Notes under the pieces: model-generated | Told to the model about the DNA's origin: nothing | The model's database searches: none | Seen by the model: the letters and a program-made list of their open reading frames with translations, nothing else | Made by a program: the position numbers and the translations under genes | Shown: positions 56,428 through 64,000 of the stretch, piece after piece | Position numbering within the stretch: the first letter of the stretch is position 1 | Layout: every line of letters starts with the position of its first letter | Assembly: GCA_035518375.1 (NCBI GenBank) | Contig: DATIXQ010000023.1 | Span: forward strand, 16,037 to 80,036 | Direction: 5' to 3' | Source: Stellaceae bacterium | GTDB taxonomy: Bacteria; Pseudomonadota; Alphaproteobacteria; ATCC43930; CGMCC-115725 | DNA: 64,000 nucleotides

Positions 56428-57489
56428 ATGGATTTCGGCATCTTCAATCTAATGGGAGCGCGCGAGCGCACGAAGGCGGGCAGCCAGGTCTTCGCCGAGG
56501 TCGCCGAGCAGACACGATTGGCCGACGAGCTTGGCTACAAGATCGCCTGGTTCGCCGAACACCATTTCTCGAATTACTGCCTCTGCGCTTCGCCGCTAAT
56601 GATGGTGGCGCACTGCGCGCCGCTGACGAAGCAGATCGCGCTTGGCACCGCCGTTGTCGTTCTGCCGCTCTACCAGCCGGTGCGGCTTCTGGCCGAGATC
56701 GCGATGGCGGACGCGATGTCGAACGGGCGCCTCGTGCTCGGCGTGGGCGCGGGATATCAGCCCTACGAGTTCGATCGCTTCGACGTCGATCTCACCAAGA
56801 ATCTCGAGATGACCGAAGAATTCTGCGACATGATCGAGGCCGCCTTCGCGCAGGATTTCTTCAGCTTCGACGGCCGCCACTACAAAATTCCCGAGACGCA
56901 CATCGCGTGCCGACCGGTACAGAAGAAGATCCCGCTCTGGCTCGCGGGGCATTCGGACCACATCTTCCGCACGGCGGCGCGGCGGGGATATCGCGCGCTG
57001 AGCTCGGGCCGCACGGGATCGGCCGAAGCGATGCGCGAGCAGCGGCGCGTCGCCGAGGACGCCTATCGTGCCGAGGGCAAATCCTATGCGGCGGCGCATT
57101 TCGCCATCAACCGCTTCTGCTGCATCACGGACGATGTCGGCGAGGCCATGCGCTTTGCCGAGAACGCGCGCTACCAGGCGCGGCTCGCGAGCCAACTGCG
57201 CCGGCGCGAGGAGGTGATGGACGGTACGATCCTCGTCGACAAGCCGGTGCCGGGCGAGGAGCCGCTCGAGACGATCCGCGAGAACCTGCTCATCGGCAGC
57301 GCTGCCGACGTGGCGAAAAAGCTCGCGGCCGAGATCCGCATCCTCGAGCCGGCGCACATCTGCTTCTCGTGCAAGGTCGGCAGCACGCCGCACGAAGTCG
57401 CGATGCGCACGACCGAGCGTCTCGTGCGCGAGGTGAAGCCGCTGCTCGAGCGCGAGCTGGGTCCGCTCGGGCGAATCGGCGCTGCCTAG
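56428..57489 (+). CDS. LLM-class flavin-dependent oxidoreductase
   Basis: MDFGIFNLMGARE, LGYKIAWFAEHHF, IAMADAMSNGRLVLGVGAGY. Confidence 0.85.
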   Translation: MDFGIFNLMGARERTKAGSQVFAEVAEQTRLADELGYKIAWFAEHHFSNYCLCASPLMMVAHCAPLTKQIALGTAVVVLPLYQPVRLLAEIAMADAMSNGRLVLGVGAGYQPYEFDRFDVDLTKNLEMTEEFCDMIEAAFAQDFFSFDGRHYKIPETHIACRPVQKKIPLWLAGHSDHIFRTAARRGYRALSSGRTGSAEAMREQRRVAEDAYRAEGKSYAAAHFAINRFCCITDDVGEAMRFAENARYQARLASQLRRREEVMDGTILVDKPVPGEEPLETIRENLLIGSAADVAKKLAAEIRILEPAHICFSCKVGSTPHEVAMRTTERLVREVKPLLERELGPLGRIGAA

Positions 57490-57522
57490 CGCGCGCCCTC
57501 GAAATCTGTTGAAATCGCCCGC

Positions 57523-58971
57523 ATGGAAGAGGCCGCGCGGAGCGCGCTCACCAATCTATTGGGTCAGATCGGGCTGGCGGAATCCGATGCCGGCGGCGCG
57601 GTCTCGATCCAGGGCGAGGAGCCGGCGGTGCCCGCCCGCCACCGGCTCGCCACGGCAAGCGCCGTGGCGCTCGCGGCGCAAGGAGTTGGTGTCGCCGCGA
57701 TCTGGCGCAAGCGCTCAGGGCGCGGCCAGTCGATCGACATCGATCTCCGCCAAGCCGCGATTCCGGGTCTGTGCACCTCGGACCATCTGCGCCAGAACGG
57801 CCACGTGGTCGATCGCGGGCGCCAGGCTGCGATGGCGGCCAATTTCTTCGCCGCCAAGGACGGCCGGCGCCTCTATATCCTGCGCGCGCCCGCCTATGTG
57901 CCGCACATGCTACGGCTGCTCGAATTCTTCCAGTGCCCGAACACGACGGAGGCGCTTGCGGCCGCCGTCGCGCGCTGGCGCAGCGACGAGCTCGAGGAAG
58001 CGCTGGCCGAGAAGAAGATCATCGGCACGATCGCACGCACGCGCGAGGAATGGCTCGGCCATCCGCAGGGCCAATGGCTTGCCGCACGCCCACCGGTCGA
58101 GATCGAGAAGATCGGCGAGAGCGCGCCTGAGCCGTTCACGCCGGCGGCGCGGCCGCTCGCGGGCGTGCGCGTGCTCGACATGGCGCATGTGCTCGCGGGC
58201 CCGGTTGCGACCCGCGTCCTGGCCGAGCAGGGCGCCGATGTGCTCCACGTGTCCGCGCCCCACCAGCTCGACCAATTCGTGCACGTGGTCGATACGGGAT
58301 TGGGCAAGCGCCGCGCCTTCGTCGACCTCGCCCGCGGCGGTGCCGCCGAGGTGCAGAAGCTCGCGGCCGAGGCCGACATCTTCGTCCATTCCTGGCGCCC
58401 CGGCAGCCTCGAGCGGCATGGGCTGTCGGCGGCAGAACTCGCGCGGCGGCGGCCCGGCCTCATCTATGTCACGGTGAGCTGCTACGGCTATGGCGGTCCC
58501 TGGGCTTCGCGGGGCGGCTACGAGCCGATCGGCCAGACTGCGGCCGGGCTCGCGGTGGCCGAAGGCTCGCTCGAGGAGCCCATCCTCGCGCCGACCTTCA
58601 CGCTTAACGACTATGCGACGGCCTATCTCGCCGCCGCCGGAACGCTGGGCGCACTCGTGCGGCGCGCCCGCGAGGGCGGCAGCTACCACGTCAAGGCGTC
58701 GCTGACGCGCACCTCGATGTGGGTGCTGGAGCTCGGCGCACTGCCGCGGAGCCTCTGGCCCGACCGCTCGCGCGGCCGCCCGCCGCTGCCCGAGCCGCGC
58801 GCCGCCGACATGATGCGGACGGCGAGCGCCTTCGGCGAGATCGAACATCCGGCGCCGGTGACGCGCTTCTCCGAAACTGAGGCCTATTGGGAATTGCCGC
58901 CGCAACCTTGGGGCGCGTCGAAGCCGGAATGGCTACCGCGCGCCGCCGCAACAATGGGAGGACCAGCATGA
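57523..58971 (+). CDS. family III (CaiB/BaiF) CoA-transferase with an atypical N-terminal region of about 210 aa
   Basis: The canonical start motif PLAGVRVLDMAHVLAGPVATRVLAEQGADVLHV appears only at about aa 210. It is followed by FVHSWRPGSLERHGL and LIYVTVSCYGYGGPW. Confidence 0.8.
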   Translation: MEEAARSALTNLLGQIGLAESDAGGAVSIQGEEPAVPARHRLATASAVALAAQGVGVAAIWRKRSGRGQSIDIDLRQAAIPGLCTSDHLRQNGHVVDRGRQAAMAANFFAAKDGRRLYILRAPAYVPHMLRLLEFFQCPNTTEALAAAVARWRSDELEEALAEKKIIGTIARTREEWLGHPQGQWLAARPPVEIEKIGESAPEPFTPAARPLAGVRVLDMAHVLAGPVATRVLAEQGADVLHVSAPHQLDQFVHVVDTGLGKRRAFVDLARGGAAEVQKLAAEADIFVHSWRPGSLERHGLSAAELARRRPGLIYVTVSCYGYGGPWASRGGYEPIGQTAAGLAVAEGSLEEPILAPTFTLNDYATAYLAAAGTLGALVRRAREGGSYHVKASLTRTSMWVLELGALPRSLWPDRSRGRPPLPEPRAADMMRTASAFGEIEHPAPVTRFSETEAYWELPPQPWGASKPEWLPRAAATMGGPA

Positions 58972-59582
58972 TTCTCGAAATCCGCAGCTACACACTGCGC
59001 CTCGGCGCGGTGCCGAAGGCCTTGGGCCGCTTCACGGAAAGCCTGCCGGCGCGCGCCAAGGTGTCGCCGATGGCAGGATTTTTCCAGTCCGAGGTCGGCA
59101 CGCTCAACCAAATCCATATGATGTGGCCCTATGCCGATCTCGCCGAGCGCGAGCGCCTGCGCAAGGTCAAGGTCGATAACTATCCGCCGCAGATGAGCGA
59201 CATCGGCGTCGAGCTCGACGTGCGCATCTGGAACGCCGCGCCGTTTTCTCCGCCCGTCCAACCGCGCCAATATGGCGAGCTCTACGAGATCCGCACCTAC
59301 ACCTATACCGCGGGCTCGATCCCGAAGGTCATCGAGTCCTGGTCCGGAGCGATCGGGGAGCGGCAGAAATATTCGCCACTCGTTTTCGCGGGCTATTCCG
59401 AGTTCGGCCTCCAGAATCTGTGGATTCACATCTGGGCCTATGAGGATTGGAACGACCGGCAGCGCATCCGCCACGAAGTGCACGAGAAGGGTGTGTGGCC
59501 ACCCAAGGGCGGCCCCGAGGGCGGCCTCCTGAAGCAGCAGAACATCTTCGTGACGCCGACGGCGCTCTCGCTGTGGCATTGA
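58968..59582 (+). CDS. NIPSNAP family protein (two-domain, 204 aa)
   Basis: ORF 58887..59582 trimmed to ATG at 58968 (ATGA overlap with the CoA-transferase stop). MILEIRSYTLRLG and the second repeat LYEIRTYTYTAG are NIPSNAP-like dimeric alpha-beta-barrel starts. Confidence 0.75.
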   Translation: MILEIRSYTLRLGAVPKALGRFTESLPARAKVSPMAGFFQSEVGTLNQIHMMWPYADLAERERLRKVKVDNYPPQMSDIGVELDVRIWNAAPFSPPVQPRQYGELYEIRTYTYTAGSIPKVIESWSGAIGERQKYSPLVFAGYSEFGLQNLWIHIWAYEDWNDRQRIRHEVHEKGVWPPKGGPEGGLLKQQNIFVTPTALSLWH

Positions 59583-61213
59583 GCGACGGCAAGGTCCGCA
59601 CGGCCGGTCAGGCCATCGTCGATGGCCTGATCCGGAACGGCGTCGAGATCATCTTCGGCATCCCCGGCGCGCATACTTATGCGTTGTTCGACGCGCTTTA
59701 CGAGCGGCGCAACGAGATCCGCGTTGTCGGCGCGCGGCACGAGCAGGGCGCGGCCTACATGGCGTTCGGCTATGCGCGCGCGTCGGGCAAGCCCGCAGTC
59801 TTCACCTGCGTGCCTGGCCCCGGCATGCTCAATACGACGGCCGCGCTCTGCACCGCCTACGGCGCGAACACGCCGGTGCTGTGCCTCACCGGCGAGATCC
59901 CATTGGGCGAGATCGGCCAGGGCCATGGCATCCTGCACGAACTGCCGGACCAACTCGGCACGCTTAGGACGCTCGTCAAATGGGCCGAGCGGATTGAGCA
60001 TCCGAGCGCGGCACCCCGTCTCGTCAACGAGGCGTTCGCCCGCATGCGGTCCGGACGGCAAGGACCCGTGGCGCTCGAATGTCCGTGGGACGTGCTGTCC
60101 GTGAAGGCCCCGGTCACGCCTATGCCGGCGCTCGCGCCCGATCTGCCGCCCGAGCCCGATCCCGCGCTCGTCGACAAGGCTGCCGCCATGATCGCCGAGG
60201 CGAAGAACCCGATGATCACGCTCGGCTCAGGTGCGATGGACGCTGGTGCCGAGGTGGCCGCGCTCGCCGAGCTGCTGCAATGCCCGGTCACGTCGCACAG
60301 GAGCGGCCGGGGCATCGTCGGCGATGACGCGCCGCTCGGCATGAACTTCGCCGCCTCCTATGAGCCGTGGCTCAAATCCGATGTGCTCATCGCCGTGGGC
60401 ACGCGCATGGAGCTGCAATATCTGCGCTGGCGTAAATTCCCGCCCGACCTCAAGACCGTCCGTATCGACATCGACCCGGCCGAAATGCCACGGCGCAAGG
60501 TTGACGTGGCGATCGTGAGCGACGCCGCGACAGGCGTTGCGGCGCTTGTCGCGGCGCTGCGCGGAAAGATCGGCCCACGCGCATCGCGCGCGGCGGAATT
60601 CGCGGCGGCGAAGGCGGCGGCGCGCAAGAAATACGAGGGGGTCCAGCCGCAAGTGGCCTATCTCGACGTGATCCGCGAGCTTTTGCCGCGCGACGGGCTT
60701 TTCGTCGAAGAGATCTGCCAAGTTGGGTTCGCGGCGCGCTTTGCCTTTCCGGTGGTGGCGCCGCGCACCTACATCTCGTGCGGCTACCAGGACAATCTCG
60801 GCTTCGGCTTCCAGACGGCGCTCGGCGTGAAGCTTGCTCATCCTGGGCGGCCGGTCGTTTCGATCAGCGGCGACGGCGGCTTCATGTACGGCGTGCAGGA
60901 GCTTGCGACCGCGGTTCAGCACGACATTGCGGTCGTGGCGATCGTCTTCAACAACCGCGGCTTCGGCAACGTGATGCGCGACCAGCGCATCAACTGGGGC
61001 GGCCGCCATATCGGCGACCGCCTCGTCAATCCCGATTTCTCGGCGCTTGCGGGCAGTTTCGGCGCATTGGCCGCCACCGTCTCGAGCCCCGAAGAATTGC
61101 GGCCGGCCCTCGCGCGGGCACTCAGCGCCAATGGACCGGCGTTGATCGAAGTCTTGACCGAGCCGGGGAGCGAAGTGTCACCCTGGCCCTTCATCCATCC
61201 CTGGGCGCATTGA
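59573..61213 (+). CDS. thiamine-diphosphate-dependent enzyme (acetolactate synthase / oxalyl-CoA decarboxylase superfamily)
   Basis: GTG at 59573 (or TTG at 59579) overlaps the NIPSNAP 3' end. GVEIIFGIPGAHT, RHEQGAAYMAFGYAR, ThDP motif GDGGFMYGVQELATAV...NN. Confidence 0.85.
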   Translation: MALSDGKVRTAGQAIVDGLIRNGVEIIFGIPGAHTYALFDALYERRNEIRVVGARHEQGAAYMAFGYARASGKPAVFTCVPGPGMLNTTAALCTAYGANTPVLCLTGEIPLGEIGQGHGILHELPDQLGTLRTLVKWAERIEHPSAAPRLVNEAFARMRSGRQGPVALECPWDVLSVKAPVTPMPALAPDLPPEPDPALVDKAAAMIAEAKNPMITLGSGAMDAGAEVAALAELLQCPVTSHRSGRGIVGDDAPLGMNFAASYEPWLKSDVLIAVGTRMELQYLRWRKFPPDLKTVRIDIDPAEMPRRKVDVAIVSDAATGVAALVAALRGKIGPRASRAAEFAAAKAAARKKYEGVQPQVAYLDVIRELLPRDGLFVEEICQVGFAARFAFPVVAPRTYISCGYQDNLGFGFQTALGVKLAHPGRPVVSISGDGGFMYGVQELATAVQHDIAVVAIVFNNRGFGNVMRDQRINWGGRHIGDRLVNPDFSALAGSFGALAATVSSPEELRPALARALSANGPALIEVLTEPGSEVSPWPFIHPWAH

Positions 61214-62330
61214 ACGCCGAACGGAGGAGCCAATGGCCTATCCGGATCCGAACCTGAGCAAGGCCCGCTTCGTGCCGCCCAAGGGCGCATGCGACATCCA
61301 TTGCCACGTCTTCGGAAAGGGCACGCCGAGTCCGGAACTCGACGCGGAACGGCTCTTCGCGCTCCATCGTCATTTCGGCTTCGACCATGCGGTGATTGTC
61401 GAAGCGAACGAGAACGCGAGGGACGTCACGGTCGAAGCGCTGGCCGCAAGCGGCAGCCGCTATCGCGGCATCGCGCGGATCAAGGAGGCGACGAGCGACA
61501 AGGAGCTCGAAGCCTTGCATGCGGTGGGCGTGCGCGGTGTGCGCTTCACCTTTGTCTCCCATCTGGGCGGCGCGCCCGATCTCACGTTCGTCCGGCGCGT
61601 CCTTGACCAGATCAGGCCGCTCGGCTGGCACGTCACGTTCCTGATCGATCCGCCCGACTTGCTCATCAATCTCGGCTTGATGCAGGCCATCCGCACGAAT
61701 TTCGTTATCGACCATATGGGCCGCGGCCAGACCGCCGACGGGCTCGACGCACCCGGCTTCAAGGCGCTCGTCGAGCTGATGAAGCGCGACAATGCCTGGG
61801 TCAAAGTATCGGGCCCCGACCGCATCTCGAGCAAAGGGCCGCCCTTCGCCGACGCCGTGCCGTTCGCGCAGGCGCTCATCGCCGCCGCGCCCGATCGGGT
61901 GCTGTGGGGAACGGATTGGCCGCATCCGACAAACAAGTGGCAGCCGAACGACAGCGAGCTCGTCGATCTCATCCCGGTGATCGCGCCCGACGCCGCGACG
62001 CGGCAAAAGCTCCTCGTCGACAATCCCGCACGCCTCTACGGCTTTACGGACTGAGGGCAGGTCCGGCGGTCGCGTGCGTATCGCCCTGCGATTGTGCCAA
62101 TAGATCGCCTCGCCGGCCAGCGCTGCCACCAGCAGAAGCGAGTTTGTCGCGATGAAGACCGGATCGTGTGTGGCGATGCTATAGGCGACGAAGCCGGCCG
62201 AGGACGCCGTTTGTCCGACGTAAAGCCATTTCGAGACACCCGCAGAGGTGCCGCTCCGCCACTGCGTCAGCACCTGACGCCCGATCGTTAGCACCAAAAT
62301 GGCGGCCGCAAGCCAGCCGACCCACCTCAT
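61191..62330 (-). CDS. small MtN3/PQ-loop-clan (LAB_N-like) membrane protein; only the first ~95 codons look genuine, the rest of the formal ORF is antisense to the LigI-like gene
   Basis: MRWVGWLAAAILVLTIGRQVLTQWRSGTSAGVSKWLYVGQTASSAGFVAYSIATHDPVFIATNSLLLVAALAGEAIYWHNRR shows three TM segments with QW...S...W...Y...DPVFI spacing, as in lipid-A-biosynthesis N-terminal-domain/PQ-loop proteins. It starts 7 nt after the creA stop. There is no in-frame stop until 61191. Confidence 0.3.
   Translation of the reverse strand: MRWVGWLAAAILVLTIGRQVLTQWRSGTSAGVSKWLYVGQTASSAGFVAYSIATHDPVFIATNSLLLVAALAGEAIYWHNRRAIRTRPPDLPSVRKAVEACGIVDEELLPRRGVGRDHRDEIDELAVVRLPLVCRMRPIRSPQHPIGRGGDERLRERHGVGEGRPFARDAVGARYFDPGIVALHQLDERLEAGCVEPVGGLAAAHMVDNEIRADGLHQAEIDEQVGRIDQERDVPAERPDLVKDAPDEREIGRAAQMGDKGEAHTAHAHRMQGFELLVARRLLDPRDAAIAAAACGQRFDRDVPRVLVRFDNHRMVEAEMTMEREEPFRVEFRTRRALSEDVAMDVACALGRHEAGLAQVRIRIGHWLLRSAFNAPRDG
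61233..62054 (+). CDS. amidohydrolase-fold lactonase-like protein (LigI / 2-pyrone-4,6-dicarboxylate hydrolase family)
   Basis: CDIHCHVFG start motif, VIDHMGR, VLWGTDWPHP. Confidence 0.8.
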   Translation: MAYPDPNLSKARFVPPKGACDIHCHVFGKGTPSPELDAERLFALHRHFGFDHAVIVEANENARDVTVEALAASGSRYRGIARIKEATSDKELEALHAVGVRGVRFTFVSHLGGAPDLTFVRRVLDQIRPLGWHVTFLIDPPDLLINLGLMQAIRTNFVIDHMGRGQTADGLDAPGFKALVELMKRDNAWVKVSGPDRISSKGPPFADAVPFAQALIAAAPDRVLWGTDWPHPTNKWQPNDSELVDLIPVIAPDAATRQKLLVDNPARLYGFTD

Positions 62331-62337
62331 CGCCGCT

Positions 62338-62826
62338 CTAACGCGTGGTCTCGGCGCGCTGACCCCCGCCCCACGGCATGATCGGCACCGTGCTAACCGA
62401 GTTGGCGGGGGAGCCGTTTATCAGCTTCGAGCTCACGGCGAGGTAGACGAGCGTATTGTGCTTCTTATCGATGATGCGATAGATGCGCGTTGCCTTGAAG
62501 AAGATGCTCGTCTTCTCGGTGAATGCCTCCTCGTTCTCGGGTAGCTTGGCGAGATCGGCAGTGATCGGGCCGACTTGACGGCATGCGACCGAGAAGTTCG
62601 AGGGATCCTCGTTGAGCCCGAACGGCTGACCCCATCCACCCTTTCGCGCTTGGGAGATGTGGCAGACGACGCCTGGCACCCGCGGGTCGTCGAAGTCGCT
62701 GACGCAGACCTTGTCGTTGGGCGACAGCAATTTGAACGTCGTGCTGATGCAGCCGAGGTCATCGGCGCGCGCGACGCCCGCGAGCGTGAGCCATGCTACA
62801 CCTGCGAGGAAAAGTAACCCCTTCAT
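62338..62826 (-). CDS. creA: CreA family protein
   Basis: Collinear with E. coli CreA as I recall it: signal peptide, TTFKLLSPNDKVCVSDFDDPRVPGVVCHISQA, ACRQVGPI, YLAVSSKLINGSPANSVSTVPIMPW. Confidence 0.85.
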   Translation of the reverse strand: MKGLLFLAGVAWLTLAGVARADDLGCISTTFKLLSPNDKVCVSDFDDPRVPGVVCHISQARKGGWGQPFGLNEDPSNFSVACRQVGPITADLAKLPENEEAFTEKTSIFFKATRIYRIIDKKHNTLVYLAVSSKLINGSPANSVSTVPIMPWGGGQRAETTR

Positions 62827-62910
62827 TCGACGTCACTCATCTGGCGGTCCCCAGCGCCTCGCAGGATAGTCCGCCAGTCGGCTGCTGTCAGTTCGAGCGG
62901 GCGCCCAATC

Positions 62911-63246
62911 TCAGACGCGGCCCCGCAGCTCGCGGTCTATCACGGCCAACACCTGCCGCAATGATCCAGAATCCTCGTCCGGTTGGAACGCGGACTCGAT
63001 CCCCAACTCCGGATCGAGCAACATGCGCAGCTTTACTGCGGCGCCGACCAGCGACTGCGGCTCGGCGCGGCGGATCCAGTCGCACGTCGCGCATGCTTCG
63101 TCGATGAGGCGATCGTCCAGCCTTTCGGAGCCTCGGCCGGCCAAGTGGGTCAGTGATTTCTGAAGCCCGGCAAGCTTCGCGGCCGCATGGAGAAAGGCCT
63201 GGTCCGTGGCTGCATTGTGTCGCTTCGCGACAATCGATGTCCGCAT
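62911..63246 (-). CDS. hypothetical protein (111 aa)
   Basis: ORF 62911..63315 trimmed to ATG at 63246 (MRTSIVAKRHNAATDQAFLHAAAKLAGLQKSL...). Helical-looking with no motif I recognise. The DNA looks somewhat less GC-rich than its surroundings. Confidence 0.4.
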   Translation of the reverse strand: MRTSIVAKRHNAATDQAFLHAAAKLAGLQKSLTHLAGRGSERLDDRLIDEACATCDWIRRAEPQSLVGAAVKLRMLLDPELGIESAFQPDEDSGSLRQVLAVIDRELRGRV

Positions 63247-63362
63247 GTGCCCGCTCGTCTCATTGTCCACCCGCCGGCGCTTGCACCGGGAGACGGCGAT
63301 GTGCCATCTCCACATGCAAGCAGCGGTAGGCGCGGACTGTCTCGTCGCTCTTCCGGGGGCGG

Positions 63363-64000
63363 CTATTCCGCCGCCCAGCGCGGTGCCGCGTTGGCGTGGC
63401 GAAGCATCTCCTCCTCGTAGGCGGCACGGAACCCCTTGCCCTTGGGCGCGATGAAATTGCCGGCGCGGTGGCCGCGATAGACACCCGGATCGTCAACGCC
63501 GGGCAGCCTGAGGCCCTTGTCCTTTGCAAAGTCTTCAAGGAGTGCGAGAAGCTTGCGCCGCATGCGCGCGATCATGGCGTCGCTTGGAGACAAGTTCTCG
63601 AACGTGCGGTCCATGATCGGGCCCATCGTGCCGGCGATCGCGGTGTCCTGCACGGCGAGGCCCATGATGCCGCTGAACACGCCGCCGCGGCGCTGCGCCT
63701 CGCGGTCGATCAAAAAGTCGTTGCTCGCCTCGTTCAGAAGCCGGAAGCGGCCGAACCAGTCCGTCGTGTTAGGACGGTACTGGTCGGGCGTCGGCATTGG
63801 CTGGCCGAGGCCGGGGATCGGCGTCCCCGAGGCGAGCCGATATTGCAGCGGAGTACGGCCGGCGCTGCCGCGTTGGATGGTGATGACGAGCGTGTGCACG
63901 TCGTCCATCGGGATGTAGCCTTTCATCATGATCTGGTCCGCGAGCATGCCGGCCGGCGGGATGACCCAGAACGGCGCGATGAAGTGCGCGAGCCGCCAGT
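63363..64000 (-). CDS. Rieske-type non-haem-iron oxygenase alpha subunit, C-terminal part (gene continues beyond the right edge)
   Basis: The reading frame stays open to the window edge (WRLAHFIAPFWVIPPAGMLADQ...). YIPMDDVHT and GPIMDRTFENLSPSDAMIARMRRKL resemble the catalytic domain of phthalate-family Rieske oxygenases. Confidence 0.6.
   Translation of the reverse strand, partial: WRLAHFIAPFWVIPPAGMLADQIMMKGYIPMDDVHTLVITIQRGSAGRTPLQYRLASGTPIPGLGQPMPTPDQYRPNTTDWFGRFRLLNEASNDFLIDREAQRRGGVFSGIMGLAVQDTAIAGTMGPIMDRTFENLSPSDAMIARMRRKLLALLEDFAKDKGLRLPGVDDPGVYRGHRAGNFIAPKGKGFRAAYEEEMLRHANAAPRWAAE

Noticed and set aside
1-64000. Search for CRISPR arrays, tRNA/rRNA genes, transposases, integrases, phage or defence genes, and island boundaries at the core/accessory switch (~19.2 kb) and at ~62.8 kb
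   Set aside because: I saw no regularly spaced direct repeats, no tRNA-like cloverleaf candidates in the few spacers over 100 bp, no recombinase-like ORF and no flanking direct repeats. The short GC-rich periodicities lie inside coding regions.

Overview
This is a very GC-rich chromosomal segment (about two-thirds G+C by eye) whose gene content and order look alphaproteobacterial, Rhizobiales-like. About 68 protein-coding genes are supported.

**1-19.2 kb: housekeeping core.**
- An ndk fragment, then holC-pepA.
- An extra membrane-protein gene sitting between pepA and lptF.
- lptF-lptG-lptD-surA-pdxA-rsmA.
- gmk, a yicC-family gene and mltG.
- fabF-acpP-fabG-fabD.
- rpsF-rpsR-rplI.

**19.2-31.7 kb and 37.4-64 kb: accessory catabolic and transport genes.**
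- Four LLM-class flavin monooxygenases.
- Four amidohydrolase-fold proteins (three amidohydrolase_2, one LigI-like).
- Gentisate 1,2-dioxygenase, a dienelactone hydrolase and an orphan HyuB.
- An OYE reductase, a family-III CoA-transferase, a NIPSNAP protein and a ThDP enzyme.
- A Rieske oxygenase fragment at the right edge.
- Two complete HAAT-type ABC importers, plus extra substrate-binding proteins.

**31.7-36.5 kb: five lipid head-group-type enzymes.** These are a GT4, a PSD-like proenzyme, a long class-III aminotransferase, an Mpo1/DUF962 protein and a Pmt-like methyltransferase. I know of no described joint pathway for this combination.

**Not found.** I saw no rRNA, tRNA, CRISPR array, transposase, integrase, phage gene or recognisable defence module. 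There is no clear-cut new system here.

**Best candidates for uncharacterised biology.**
- The lipid locus (31.7-36.5 kb).
- The tightly coupled ADH-LLM-CoA-transferase-NIPSNAP-ThDP-lactonase operon (55.3-62.1 kb).
- The MFS-LLM-DUF1203-SDR-amidohydrolase operon (20.1-25.2 kb).
- A signal-peptide CxxCH protein translationally coupled to gentisate dioxygenase (26.3-27.9 kb).

All functional calls rest on reading the translated ORFs and remembering family motifs. No database search was run.

Many long ORFs in the supplied track are antisense or out-of-frame shadows typical of high-GC DNA and were discarded. Many real genes were trimmed to internal start codons that I checked against the nucleotide sequence.
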